This document shows positions 18,268-27,522 of a DNA stretch of 32,000 nucleotides, piece after piece. The stretch is taken from contig NZ_CP021983.2 of assembly GCF_002075285.3 (NCBI RefSeq), positions 210,001 through 242,000 of the forward strand, read 5' to 3'. Origin of the DNA: Halomicronema hongdechloris C2206. Its GTDB lineage: Bacteria > Cyanobacteriota > Cyanobacteriia > Phormidesmidales > Phormidesmidaceae. The position numbers and the translations under genes were made by a program. A model generated the notes under the pieces. The model was not told the DNA's origin. It did not search any database and saw nothing but the letters and a program-made list of their open reading frames with translations. Numbering within the stretch: position 1 is the stretch's first letter; each line of letters starts with the position of its first letter.

Positions 18268-19701
18268 ATGTCTAGTAACTTGCAAACGGTTGCCTACATT
18301 GCAGCCAGCGCTCTCTTCATCCTTAGTTTAGGTGGCCTCTCCTACCAGGAAACTGCCAAGCGGGGTAATATCTATGGCATCGTCGGGATGGCCATTGCCT
18401 TCCTGGCCACGGCTTTAGCTGCCCAAGGCTATGTAGTCTTAGCCTTGACTCTAATGCTGGGCATCATCATCGGGGTAGTTGCCGCTGCCCGCGTGGCGAT
18501 GACAGCCATGCCTGAAATGGTGGCTCTACTCAATAGCTTCGTCGGCTTGGCGGCAGTGCTGGTGGGCTTTGCCGAATACCTGCAACCCAGTGGGGGGCTA
18601 ACAGGAATTGATATTGCCATCCATAAAATCGAAATTTATCTCGGCGTATTCATCGGCATGGTTACCTTCACTGGCTCCATGGTAGCTGTGGGCAAACTGC
18701 GGGCCATTCTCCCTAGCAAACCCCTGCTACTGCCCATCCGTCACTTGCTCAACATCGCCATGCTAGCCGGAATCATCGGTTGTGCTGTTCCGTTTATGAG
18801 CGGTAGCGGCATCACCGGACTCGTCCCCCTGGCAATCACGACAGCAATTTCTGCCGTTCTGGGCGTTCACATTGTCATGGCCATCGGCGGGGCCGATATG
18901 GCGGTGGTCATTTCCATGCTCAATAGCTATTCTGGCTGGGCCTCTGCAGCAGCGGGCTTCATGCTCTCCAATGATCTGTTGATTATCACCGGATCCCTGG
19001 TGGGCAGTAGCGGTGCCATCCTCAGCTACATTATGTGCAAGGGCATGAACCGTTCTTTCCTAAACGTGCTACTAGGAGGCTTCGGCGAAGGCGCTAGCAC
19101 CGCTTCAGGGCAAGCCGTTGGTTCCGCCGACAGTGTTACCGCCACCTCGCCACTGGAAACCGCCGAACTATTAGATGCCGCTGACAGCGTGGTAATTGTG
19201 CCGGGTTATGGCATGGCTGTGGCCCAAGCCCAACATGGGATCGCAGAGATTACCAAACTCCTGCGGCAACAGGGTAAACAGGTCCGTTTCGGCATCCATC
19301 CCGTAGCTGGTCGCATGCCCGGCCATATGAATGTGTTGCTGGCAGAGGCCAATGTCCCTTACGACATCGTCTTGGAAATGGATGAGATCAGTGATGATTT
19401 GCCGGAAACCGATGTGGTGTTGGTGGTTGGTGCTAACGACACCGTCAACCCGATTGCCATGGAAGATCCCAACAGTCCCATCGCCGGGATGCCGGTGATG
19501 GAAGTGTGGAAAGCGGCCAATGTGGTGGTTCTGAAGCGCAGCCTCTCGCCTGGATTCGCTGGCATAGATAATCCGCTGTTCTACCGGGATAACACTCGCA
19601 TGTTGTTTGGCGATGCCAAAAGCAACGTCATCGCTGTGTTAGGGCAGATGCAACAGACATCAACCGCAGTTCCCTCTCCAGAGAATTTAGTAACAGCCTA
19701 A
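18268..19701 (+). CDS. pntB: NAD(P) transhydrogenase subunit beta
   Basis: 477 aa with a multi-TM N-terminal half and a C-terminal NADP(H) domain ([22 protein letters not shown]). It follows pntA. Confidence 0.92.
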   Translation: MSSNLQTVAYIAASALFILSLGGLSYQETAKRGNIYGIVGMAIAFLATALAAQGYVVLALTLMLGIIIGVVAAARVAMTAMPEMVALLNSFVGLAAVLVGFAEYLQPSGGLTGIDIAIHKIEIYLGVFIGMVTFTGSMVAVGKLRAILPSKPLLLPIRHLLNIAMLAGIIGCAVPFMSGSGITGLVPLAITTAISAVLGVHIVMAIGGADMAVVISMLNSYSGWASAAAGFMLSNDLLIITGSLVGSSGAILSYIMCKGMNRSFLNVLLGGFGEGASTASGQAVGSADSVTATSPLETAELLDAADSVVIVPGYGMAVAQAQHGIAEITKLLRQQGKQVRFGIHPVAGRMPGHMNVLLAEANVPYDIVLEMDEISDDLPETDVVLVVGANDTVNPIAMEDPNSPIAGMPVMEVWKAANVVVLKRSLSPGFAGIDNPLFYRDNTRMLFGDAKSNVIAVLGQMQQTSTAVPSPENLVTA

Positions 19702-20123
19702 TGAAAACACCCCATTTAGGGGGTATCTGGAGCGATATGTCGATGGGCCTCGTCGGTGACTACTGGCGAGGCATTGGCTTAGCAAGAAGGGTGCTACAGT
19801 GCGCTTCCGAATCGTCGGTTGTTATGATCTATCTATCCATACCAGGCGATCTTGCTAATCACCCATCCCCATTCCCAGGGTAGCTATAGTGGCGTCTGTC
19901 AATAGGTGGTGCTGTACCCGAGGCAACTAGCGGATGCCTGGTAGTTGACTATTCAAATTGAGTGCCCTTGGTCAAGCGTCGGAACCCACAACCCGGTGAC
20001 TCATTGTTTGTCTTGTTATCTATAGGTTTTGCTAGTTAATTCGGGATCTGAGCCAAATTGTATAAACTTATGGATATCGGTTCTCGTTTGATGTTACCCA
20101 CTTGAGCGTTGATAGATAAGCCT

Positions 20124-20450
20124 ATGACTGCGGTAATTTCAGTAGCTCCCAAAGCAACGTCAGCCGCCCCAACCGTTGCTCCTGAAAAGTCCCGCCAAGT
20201 CACCCGCAAGCCTTACCCCAACTACAAGATCATCGTGCTGAATGATGATTTCAATACATTTCAGCATGTGGCTGAGTGCTTGATGAAGTATATCCCTGGC
20301 ATGAATGGTGACCGGGCCTGGGAATTAACGCACCAGATTCACAATGAGGGGCAGGCCATTGTTTGGATTGGTCCCCTAGAGCAAGCTGAGCTATATCACA
20401 GTCAACTCAGTCGAGCCGGACTGACCATGGCGCCATTGGAGAAAGCTTAG
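20124..20450 (+). CDS. clpS: ATP-dependent Clp protease adaptor ClpS
   Basis: The YKIIVLNDDFNTFQHVAECLMKYIPGM...A.ELTHQIHNEGQAIVW core is ClpS-typical. The track ORF starts at a TTG at 20109; the ATG is at 20124. Confidence 0.85.
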   Translation: MTAVISVAPKATSAAPTVAPEKSRQVTRKPYPNYKIIVLNDDFNTFQHVAECLMKYIPGMNGDRAWELTHQIHNEGQAIVWIGPLEQAELYHSQLSRAGLTMAPLEKA

Positions 20451-20457
20451 GAAATTC

Positions 20458-20757
20458 ATGGGTAAATCCTCGGATGGGCGCTTAGTTTGGAACCATTCCA
20501 CCCACTTGCCAGGGTTGATCCCCATTCTGGAAAGGTTGGTAGCCTATCCCGGGATCCGGACGGTGACACCTGGCGAAATTGCCAAGGTGCGTGGGCACTC
20601 GCCCACATTACGCATCAAGGTCTCGGTGCCCATCCGAGGTGGATATAAGCTCATCGCTCGTCGAGGCAAGACAGTTCAAGAAGTGTTTGTGATTACGGAG
20701 CAAGACAAGGCTGGTCTAGAAACGACCCTAGCCGAGATTGTTGCTCAGGTAACGTGA
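20458..20757 (+). CDS. Small conserved hypothetical protein (possibly DUF2103-like)
   Basis: 99-aa ORF that starts 7 nt after clpS and overlaps the next gene by the 4-nt GTGA. The family assignment is a weak recollection only. Confidence 0.5.
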   Translation: MGKSSDGRLVWNHSTHLPGLIPILERLVAYPGIRTVTPGEIAKVRGHSPTLRIKVSVPIRGGYKLIARRGKTVQEVFVITEQDKAGLETTLAEIVAQVT

Positions 20758-21863
20758 GCGATTGGCATCAGGAAGGTCGGAGTCGATTTCAAGTTGGCGA
20801 TGCCTTCTATCGCCCCCACAGTCGTCTAGCCAGAGACTTAGCGGTGTTAGCCGCAGCGTGCTATCGCCAGCAGCGCGGTCAATTGCGAGTCTTGGATGCG
20901 ATGACAGGCTGTGGCGTGCGGTCTCTACGCTATCAGCAAGAGGCGGCAGCCGATTGGATTTGGGCCAACGAGGGCAATCCTGAGGTGGGGGACATGCTGC
21001 GACAAAACCTGAATCGAGGGCTGCAGCCCGGCTCCTATCGCATTACCCACTGGGAGGCTAATCGAGTTTTCTGTCGCTGCTACCAGGAGCAGGATTTTTA
21101 TGACCTGGTGGACATTGATTGTTTTGGCAGCCCAACTCCCTATTTATCCACGGGGCTATGGGCTACTCGCATCGGGGGACTACTCTACCTGACCAGTACC
21201 GATGGGCGCACCACCAGTGGCCGGGAACCGAGCCGCAGTTTGGCGGTGTATGGCGCCTATGCTCGAGCTCATCCGGCTGGGCATGAGCAAGGTCTAAGGC
21301 TGATGATTGGGGCGACATTACAGCAGGCGGCAGCTAAGGGGTTGAGCCTTGAGCCTGTATTTTCCCTGTTCCAGGGGCAGGTGCATCGAGTCATGGTGCG
21401 GCTGCGGCAACGGCGGTGGGATGGCAAAGGCTATGGGTTTATCGGCTATTGCCCTGACTGTGGCGAGTTTCAGGTGGTGGGTTGGCGCCGGCTAAGCCGT
21501 GCCCGCTGCCCCAGGTGTATCGAGCGCCCCTTAAGTCTCAGTGGCCCCCAGTGGTTGGGGCCTTTACACGATGTGACTACACTGCAGGCGATGACAGCCC
21601 TGGCCCAAGAGTGGGGTTGGATGTCGGTGGCTAAGATGCTGGAGGTGATGGTGGCTGAGGCGACGATGCCTCCCTACTTCTTTACCTTGGGGGAAATTGG
21701 ACGCCGGGGGGCGCTGGATATTCCACCGCGGGCTGCCCTGATTCGGGGACTATGCGATCGCACCTTTCGGGCCACGGTCACCCATCTCGATCCCAATGCC
21801 ATCAAAACCGATGCTTCCCTGGCTGACTGTATTGCCATTGCCCGAACCTGTCGCACCACCTGA
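20754..21863 (+). CDS. trm1: Trm1-family tRNA (guanine-N2)-dimethyltransferase
   Basis: Supporting features are a SAM-binding-like LDAMTGCGVRSLRY, the DLVDIDCFGSPTPYL and LYLTSTDG motifs, and a C-terminal CPDCG...CPRC cluster. Confidence 0.75.
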   Translation: MSDWHQEGRSRFQVGDAFYRPHSRLARDLAVLAAACYRQQRGQLRVLDAMTGCGVRSLRYQQEAAADWIWANEGNPEVGDMLRQNLNRGLQPGSYRITHWEANRVFCRCYQEQDFYDLVDIDCFGSPTPYLSTGLWATRIGGLLYLTSTDGRTTSGREPSRSLAVYGAYARAHPAGHEQGLRLMIGATLQQAAAKGLSLEPVFSLFQGQVHRVMVRLRQRRWDGKGYGFIGYCPDCGEFQVVGWRRLSRARCPRCIERPLSLSGPQWLGPLHDVTTLQAMTALAQEWGWMSVAKMLEVMVAEATMPPYFFTLGEIGRRGALDIPPRAALIRGLCDRTFRATVTHLDPNAIKTDASLADCIAIARTCRTT

Positions 21864-21914
21864 GGCAGATTACACTGGGGGCGGCGACAGCCTAATGTGT
21901 ATAACGGTAGCCTG

Positions 21915-22808
21915 ATGAAACTGCCTAACTTCTTGATTATTGGCGTGCAGAAAGCTGGAACCAGCTCGGTTTATCACTACTTAAAAGGGCATCCCCAAGT
22001 TTATATGAGCCCGATCAAGGAACCCAATTTCTTGATGAGAGATTGGCAATCTGACCCAACTACTCGAGTCCAAAGAAATAAAGGTAAGATTCGGACGCTG
22101 GAAGCCTATTGCCAGCTTTTTCAAGCCAGCCAAGATGAGGTTGCCATTGGAGAGGCCTCTCCGAATTATCTGTTTCACTATCAGTCTGCAGCCGATCAGA
22201 TTCAGAAATATGTTCCTCAGGCGAAGTTGATCTGTATTTTACGAAATCCTGTCGATCGTGCTTATTCTGATTACCTGATGCATCTGCGTGATGCTATCCA
22301 CGATAAACCCCGTAGCTTATCAGAGCAAATTCGGTATCGTGCTCAACAGTCATTCATTATTCGTAAAGGCTTCTACTATGCCCCACTAAAACACTTTTAT
22401 ACTATTTTTGGGCGGGAGCAGTTGCGAGTTTACTTATATGACGATCTCTGCGAATCTGCCGTTGACTTCATGCAGGAGATTTATCGATTTCTGGAGGTGG
22501 ACAGCAGCTTTCGGCCAGATGTATCTCGTAAGGCTCAGGTGGCTCAGGTCCCTCAGAATCAGTGGCTCAATAAGCTACTGCGTAGGGAAAATAGAGCCAG
22601 ACGGGTGGCCGCTACGATACTTAGACCATTGATGTCGCCCCAGGCTAGACATCGACTCCGGGCTCAACTGCTGAATCTGAATTCCAAGGATAAATCCCAG
22701 GAGCCCCTGCGGCCAGAAGATCGGCAGCAGCTGATTGAACTCTATCGAGAGGATATCTTGAAGCTACAGGACTTGGTTCATCGCGATCTTTCATCCTGGT
22801 TAACATAA
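21915..22808 (+). CDS. Sulfotransferase-domain protein
   Basis: The N-terminal PNFLIIGVQKAGTSSVYHYL is a PAPS 5'-phosphosulfate-binding-loop type motif, and RNPVDRAYSDY is a 3'-phosphate-binding type motif. The track ORF begins at a GTG at 21897. Confidence 0.8.
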   Translation: MKLPNFLIIGVQKAGTSSVYHYLKGHPQVYMSPIKEPNFLMRDWQSDPTTRVQRNKGKIRTLEAYCQLFQASQDEVAIGEASPNYLFHYQSAADQIQKYVPQAKLICILRNPVDRAYSDYLMHLRDAIHDKPRSLSEQIRYRAQQSFIIRKGFYYAPLKHFYTIFGREQLRVYLYDDLCESAVDFMQEIYRFLEVDSSFRPDVSRKAQVAQVPQNQWLNKLLRRENRARRVAATILRPLMSPQARHRLRAQLLNLNSKDKSQEPLRPEDRQQLIELYREDILKLQDLVHRDLSSWLT

Positions 22809-23003
22809 ACCTCGTTCAAATCGATATTTGGAGTTTGATCAGGGAAAATACCGGGTCTCGCGCCCCCTTGCTGGGACTCAATCGACTCCAGTGCTCCTGG
22901 GACAAGCTCCACAGGAAGAGCCACCAAGAGTCGTTCATGTCTCTGTTAGCCGATTGGCTGGTCTGAGATACAATCATTAGGCGTTGTTTTAGGAGATCCT
23001 CGC

Positions 23004-23726
23004 TTGCCCACCCTCGGCGTCAACATCGATCATGTTGCCACCCTGCGCCAGGCTCGTCGCACCGTGGAGCCGGATCCAGTCGCTGCCGCTGTCTTGGCTG
23101 AGTTAGGAGGGGCCGATGGCATTACGGTCCACCTGCGGGAGGATCGACGGCATATCCAAGAGCGGGACGTGCGCTTACTGCGGCAAACCGTCCGCAGCCA
23201 TCTCAATCTGGAGATGGCTGCCACCGATGAGATGGTAGCTGTTGCCTTAGATATTCAGCCTGATTACATCACCTTAGTGCCGGAACGACGCCAGGAGGTG
23301 ACCACGGAGGGAGGGCTAGATGTGGCTGGTCAGCGACAGCGCGTTGGGGAGGTGGTGGCTACCCTGCAAGCAGCCGGGATTCCAGTCAGCCTATTCATCG
23401 ATGCGGATACCCCCCAGATTAAGGCAGCTGCCGATGTTCAGGCCCAATTCATTGAATTGCATACTGGTGCCTATGCCGAGGCTAAGACAGAGCTAGCCCA
23501 GGCCCAGGCCCTTGAGGTGCTACGAAGCGGATGCCATCAAGCCCTGGAGCTGGGATTGCGAGTGAATGCTGGCCATGGACTGACTTACTGGAACACCTAC
23601 GCGGTGGCATGCCTGGACGGAATTGAGGAACTCAATATCGGCCATACCATCATTAGTCGAGCGGTGTTGGTGGGCTTAGAACGAGCCGTGCAGGATATGA
23701 AACAGGTCATCCACGGTAACGGATAA
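23004..23726 (+). CDS. pdxJ: Pyridoxine 5'-phosphate synthase
   Basis: The TTG-initiated ORF contains [24 protein letters not shown] and NAGHGL, which are PdxJ hallmarks. Confidence 0.92.
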   Translation: MPTLGVNIDHVATLRQARRTVEPDPVAAAVLAELGGADGITVHLREDRRHIQERDVRLLRQTVRSHLNLEMAATDEMVAVALDIQPDYITLVPERRQEVTTEGGLDVAGQRQRVGEVVATLQAAGIPVSLFIDADTPQIKAAADVQAQFIELHTGAYAEAKTELAQAQALEVLRSGCHQALELGLRVNAGHGLTYWNTYAVACLDGIEELNIGHTIISRAVLVGLERAVQDMKQVIHGNG

Positions 23727-23790
23727 CTGGCAGCCAGGGTGGCTCTGATAGACAAGGTCGTGTTCAAGAACAGGAACGGGTTACGGAACC

Positions 23791-24120
23791 ATGCAGACTT
23801 ACTACTATGCGATCGCAAGTCAGCGCTTTCTGATTGAGGAAGAACCCCTAGACGAGGTGCTGCGGGAGCGTACCCGCCATTACCAGGAGCAGAACCGGCC
23901 AATTGATTTCTGGTTAATCAAGCAACCCGCCTTTCTGCAAGCACCAGAGCTGGCAGAGGTGCGAGCCAATTGTCCCCAACCCGCCGCCGCCATCGTCTCC
24001 ACCAATCAGTCCTTCATTACTTGGTTAAAACTGCGGTTAGAATACGTGGCAGTGGGTAGTTTTGAGGCCCCGTCTGACACCATTCCCGAGCCCCTCGCTT
24101 CGCTGGAAGCGGTCTCCTAA
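23791..24120 (+). CDS. ycf54: Ycf54 (DUF2488), accessory factor of the Mg-protoporphyrin IX monomethyl ester cyclase
   Basis: MQTYYYAIASQRFLIEEEP..EVL.ER...Y......IDFW...QPAFL.APELAE...IVSTN.SFI.WLKLRLEYV closely parallels Synechocystis Slr1780 as I remember it. Confidence 0.85.
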   Translation: MQTYYYAIASQRFLIEEEPLDEVLRERTRHYQEQNRPIDFWLIKQPAFLQAPELAEVRANCPQPAAAIVSTNQSFITWLKLRLEYVAVGSFEAPSDTIPEPLASLEAVS

Positions 24121-24142
24121 TACCTAATACCTAATACCTAAT
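24116..24142. repeat. Heptamer tandem repeat (cctaata x3.9), STRR-like
   Basis: The unit cctaata occurs at 24116, 24123 and 24130, with a partial cctaat at 24137. The array overlaps the ycf54 stop codon. Confidence 0.85.
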
Positions 24143-24272
24143 GGCAGACATCGCTAATCTGCCTGCCCCCTTACTCCCCGGCTAGGGCCTGGTTGCCAAG
24201 GGCAGATCAGCAGACACCACCGCAACTGGTGGTCAGCTCAGACATCTTCATCATCGTCCATCGTCGCATTCC

Positions 24273-24935
24273 ATGGAGAACATTGTGGGTTACGTTTGGC
24301 CATCTCTTAGCCTTGGCAGTGCTGCCGTCTTCAGCCTGCTCGGCACCACCGCCCTCGCCGCCGAGTTCCCTCCCTGTCCACCACCGGCCAGTAACGAATA
24401 CTTGCTGCTGGTGCGAGGCGACTCCGAGGCTGAGCGCGAACAGGTACAAGCAGTACTGCCTCCCAGTAACTCAGCCATGGTCTGCAGCTATCTCAACGAT
24501 ACGGTGGTACGAGCCGGAGGCTTCACCAGTCTTGAAAACGCCAATGCCTGGGCTCAATACATGACCGAAGTCGAGGGCTTGCAGGCCTTCGTTGCTCGCC
24601 CGGCCACCGAGCCTGTCTCTACCACGACTCCAGAGCCGGAAGCGACTAGCCCCGATCTTCCCTCGTACCAACCGGAACCTCTGGGCGCAGGCTATGCCAT
24701 CTTGGTGGATTATGCCAATCAGCCGCAAGTAGCCACTGAGGTGCGATCGCTGTTAGGGCAACCGGTGGGCCTGGTGGTCTATCAGCAACGCCCCTACCTA
24801 CTGGCTCAGCAGAGCAACGATCCCGAAGCCGCCACCGCCCTCCTACGCCGCCTCAGCGATGCCGGGCTAGCTAGTTTTATCGTCAGTGGTCTCGAGGTCA
24901 TGGTGCTGACCTCAGAGGTCGCTATTGGCGATTAA
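24273..24935 (+). CDS. Hypothetical exported protein with two similar alpha/beta modules (SPOR-like?)
   Basis: The protein has a signal-like N-terminus, then two roughly 70-aa segments of similar pattern (YLLLV...V.A and YAILV...YLLA) separated by a P/T/E-rich linker. Confidence 0.5.
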   Translation: MENIVGYVWPSLSLGSAAVFSLLGTTALAAEFPPCPPPASNEYLLLVRGDSEAEREQVQAVLPPSNSAMVCSYLNDTVVRAGGFTSLENANAWAQYMTEVEGLQAFVARPATEPVSTTTPEPEATSPDLPSYQPEPLGAGYAILVDYANQPQVATEVRSLLGQPVGLVVYQQRPYLLAQQSNDPEAATALLRRLSDAGLASFIVSGLEVMVLTSEVAIGD

Positions 24936-24960
24936 TGAATGGGGTCTAATGGGGATCGCC

Positions 24961-25416
24961 TCAATACGCAGGGGATGCTAAACAGGAAACCACGACCCCC
25001 AGCATCGAACCTACGATCACCTGAAAGGGGGTGTGCCCCAGTAATTCCTTCAACCGATCTTCGTTGAATTCAGGCTTTTCCTGAAACAGTTCATCGATAA
25101 TCTGATTCAGCACTCGGGCCTGTTTACCGGCAGCTTGCCGCACTCCGGCAGCATCGTACATGACAATGATGGCAAACACCGAGGTTACGGCAAAGGCCGG
25201 GCTCGACCAGCCTAGGGTCTGGCCAATGCCGCAGGCCAGGGCCGTCACTAAGGCCGAATGGGCACTAGGCATGCCGCCGGTTTCGACTAATACGCGCAAG
25301 TTGACTTTGCGATGCCGAACAAATTCGATCAGTGCCTTGACCACTTGGGCCAGTAAGCAGGCTACCAACGCCACCAGAAGCACATGATTATTGATGATGT
25401 CGCTGAAGTTTTGCAT
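24961..25416 (-). CDS. Divergent PAP2-family protein (DUF212; acid phosphatase/vanadium haloperoxidase-related)
   Basis: 151 aa, with GGMPSAHSALV...MYDA.GVR...G.QA matching the divergent PAP2 signature. Confidence 0.85.
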   Translation of the reverse strand: MQNFSDIINNHVLLVALVACLLAQVVKALIEFVRHRKVNLRVLVETGGMPSAHSALVTALACGIGQTLGWSSPAFAVTSVFAIIVMYDAAGVRQAAGKQARVLNQIIDELFQEKPEFNEDRLKELLGHTPFQVIVGSMLGVVVSCLASPAY

Positions 25417-25439
25417 GGTGTCTAGGATATTGACGGAGG

Positions 25440-26360
25440 CTAATACGTGCGCGTTGTAATGTAGTTAGCAATAGCCTCAAGTGGCTGCCGTAATTCCCCA
25501 AAGTTTTGGAGTTCTGCTTTAGCCTCATTTACCAAGCGCTGGGCCTGCTGGCGAGATTCCTCAATGCCCCAGAAGCTAGGATAGGTGGCCTTCTTAGCCC
25601 GAAGATCTTTGCCCACCGATTTGCCTAACTCTTCAGCTGTGGCGGTGATGTCTAGCACATCATCTACGATTTGAAAGGCCAACCCGATACGCTGGGCATA
25701 GCGTGAAAGATGCTCTATATCAGTATCAGAGGCTCCGGCCAAAATGGCTCCAGAGGTGACGGAAACCCCCAGCAGTGCAGCCGTTTTGTGGGTATGGATA
25801 AAGTCTAGGGTGTCCAAGGAAATGTCTGGATCTCCTTCGCTGGCCAAATCAACGTATTGCCCCCCGACTAATCCGGCGGCACCGACGGCCTTGCCAAGGT
25901 CACTGACAACCGCCAAGATGCGTTCAGCCGGCACCCCTCTGGTGTGGCAAGCAATATATTCAAAGGCATAGGTCAACAAGGCATCCCCAGCCAAAATTGC
26001 CACCCCGTCGCCATAGACCTTGTGGTTAGTTAATCGCCCGCGCCGATAGTCGTCATTATCCATGGCCGGCAAATCGTCGTGAATTAAGGACATGGTATGC
26101 ACCATTTCCAGGGCACAGGCAGTGGGCATGGCCATTTCAATCGTGCCGCCGGCCAGTTCGCAGGTGGCCAGACAGAGAATAGGGCGTAAGCGCTTACCCC
26201 CTGCCATAAGGGAATAACGCATGGCTTCGTAAATGGTTTCGGGATAGATAACCGGCAGGGCCTGATCGAGGGCCACCTCTACCTGGCGACGACGCTCTTG
26301 CAGATAGTCGGAGAGGTTAAAGGAGGATGCGTAAGGATCACGAGAGTTGGTCAACACCAT
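25440..26360 (-). CDS. crtE: Geranylgeranyl diphosphate synthase (polyprenyl synthetase family)
   Basis: The first Asp-rich motif is [17 protein letters not shown] and the second is FQIVDDVLD. The track ORF extends to 26393; the MVLTNS start is at 26360. Confidence 0.88.
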   Translation of the reverse strand: MVLTNSRDPYASSFNLSDYLQERRRQVEVALDQALPVIYPETIYEAMRYSLMAGGKRLRPILCLATCELAGGTIEMAMPTACALEMVHTMSLIHDDLPAMDNDDYRRGRLTNHKVYGDGVAILAGDALLTYAFEYIACHTRGVPAERILAVVSDLGKAVGAAGLVGGQYVDLASEGDPDISLDTLDFIHTHKTAALLGVSVTSGAILAGASDTDIEHLSRYAQRIGLAFQIVDDVLDITATAEELGKSVGKDLRAKKATYPSFWGIEESRQQAQRLVNEAKAELQNFGELRQPLEAIANYITTRTY

Positions 26361-26408
26361 GGTGAAGTTAGAAGTAAAACAGGCGACTAACAAATGCGGG
26401 AGAAACCA

Positions 26409-27281
26409 CTAACCATCTATGTGAAAACGCTTGCAATAGCTCAATACCGTATTCTGTAACAGCATGGCAACCGTCATGGGACCAATTCCCCCAGGCACGG
26501 GGGTAATGGCTTGCACTAAAGGCTCCACAGCAGCAAAGTCTACATCCCCGACTAGCTTGCCTTTGCCGTTGGGGTGTTCAACCCGATTGATGCCAACGTC
26601 GATAACGGTGGTACCTGGGTTGACCATCCCGGCGGTGATGAGATGAGGACGCCCTACTGCTGTCACCAAAATATCAGCCTGACGGGTCACGGCGACGAGA
26701 TCCCGAGTGCTGGAATGGGCAATGGTAACGGTGGCATTGGCGGCTAAGAGCATCAGGGCCATGGGTTTGCCCACCAGAATACTACGCCCGAGAACGACGG
26801 CGTGGCGACCGGCTATGGGCACATCGTAGGTCTGCAGTAAGTGCATCACTCCGGCCGGGGTACAGCTACGCAGACCGGGTTCTCCCCGAAGCAATCTACC
26901 CATGTTGATGGGATGTAGGCCATCGACGTCTTTGTCGGGGGCAATGCTATTGAGCAGGGTGACGGCGTCTAAATCCTGAGGTAGAGGAAGTTGCAGTAAG
27001 ATGCCATCGACGCGATCGTCCTGATTCAGCTGCTGAATGTAGTTTAGTAGCTCTGTCTGGGGTGTAGAGGCTGGTAAGTGCTTGCCATAGGAGGCAATGC
27101 CGATGCGATCGCAAGCTCGATGTTTATTGCGGACGTAGGTAGCACTGGCCGGGTCATCGCCCACCATGATCACAGCTAGCCCTGGAGGCCGACCAGTCTT
27201 TGCCGTTAAGGTTTTCACCTGTTGGGCCAATGCTAGCTGAATCTCCTGAGCTAGTGCTTTACCGTCAAGACGCTGAGCCAT
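26409..27281 (-). CDS. folD: Bifunctional methylenetetrahydrofolate dehydrogenase/cyclohydrolase
   Basis: 290 aa with LDGKALA, VGDDPAS..YV..K, DGLHP.N.G, TP.GV and PGGIGPMT motifs. Confidence 0.92.
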   Translation of the reverse strand: MAQRLDGKALAQEIQLALAQQVKTLTAKTGRPPGLAVIMVGDDPASATYVRNKHRACDRIGIASYGKHLPASTPQTELLNYIQQLNQDDRVDGILLQLPLPQDLDAVTLLNSIAPDKDVDGLHPINMGRLLRGEPGLRSCTPAGVMHLLQTYDVPIAGRHAVVLGRSILVGKPMALMLLAANATVTIAHSSTRDLVAVTRQADILVTAVGRPHLITAGMVNPGTTVIDVGINRVEHPNGKGKLVGDVDFAAVEPLVQAITPVPGGIGPMTVAMLLQNTVLSYCKRFHIDG

Positions 27282-27344
27282 CTCTCCCTACGTAAGTCAT
27301 CCTAAATGACATCTAGCCCTCCATTGTCAGTAGCTTGGGGAATG

Positions 27345-27412
27345 CCTGCAACTATAGACATTCCTGCAACTATAGGCATTAAAGTATAGGCATTAAAGTA
27401 TAGACATTAAAG
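27345..27412. repeat. Compound tandem repeat: 2 x 18 nt followed by 2 x 14 nt, sharing a tataGRcatt core
   Basis: The units are cctgcaactatagacatt (27345-27362), cctgcaactataggcatt (27363-27380), aaagtataggcatt (27381-27394) and aaagtatagacatt (27395-27408), followed by a partial aaag. Confidence 0.85.
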
Positions 27413-27522
27413 GGCAGCGGAAGTCCAGCGTGGCAGCGATCATTCCTCCCTGTTCCCATTGCCTACCCGCCTTGGGCCCAGGGTTAACATGTCCTTCCTA
27501 GTCTCTCAGATTTTGTTCCCCC

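Noticed and set aside
19701-19883. 60-aa plus-strand ORF directly after pntB
   Set aside because: It has no recognisable motif, mixed composition and is barely at the length cut-off. I treat 19702-20108 as intergenic.
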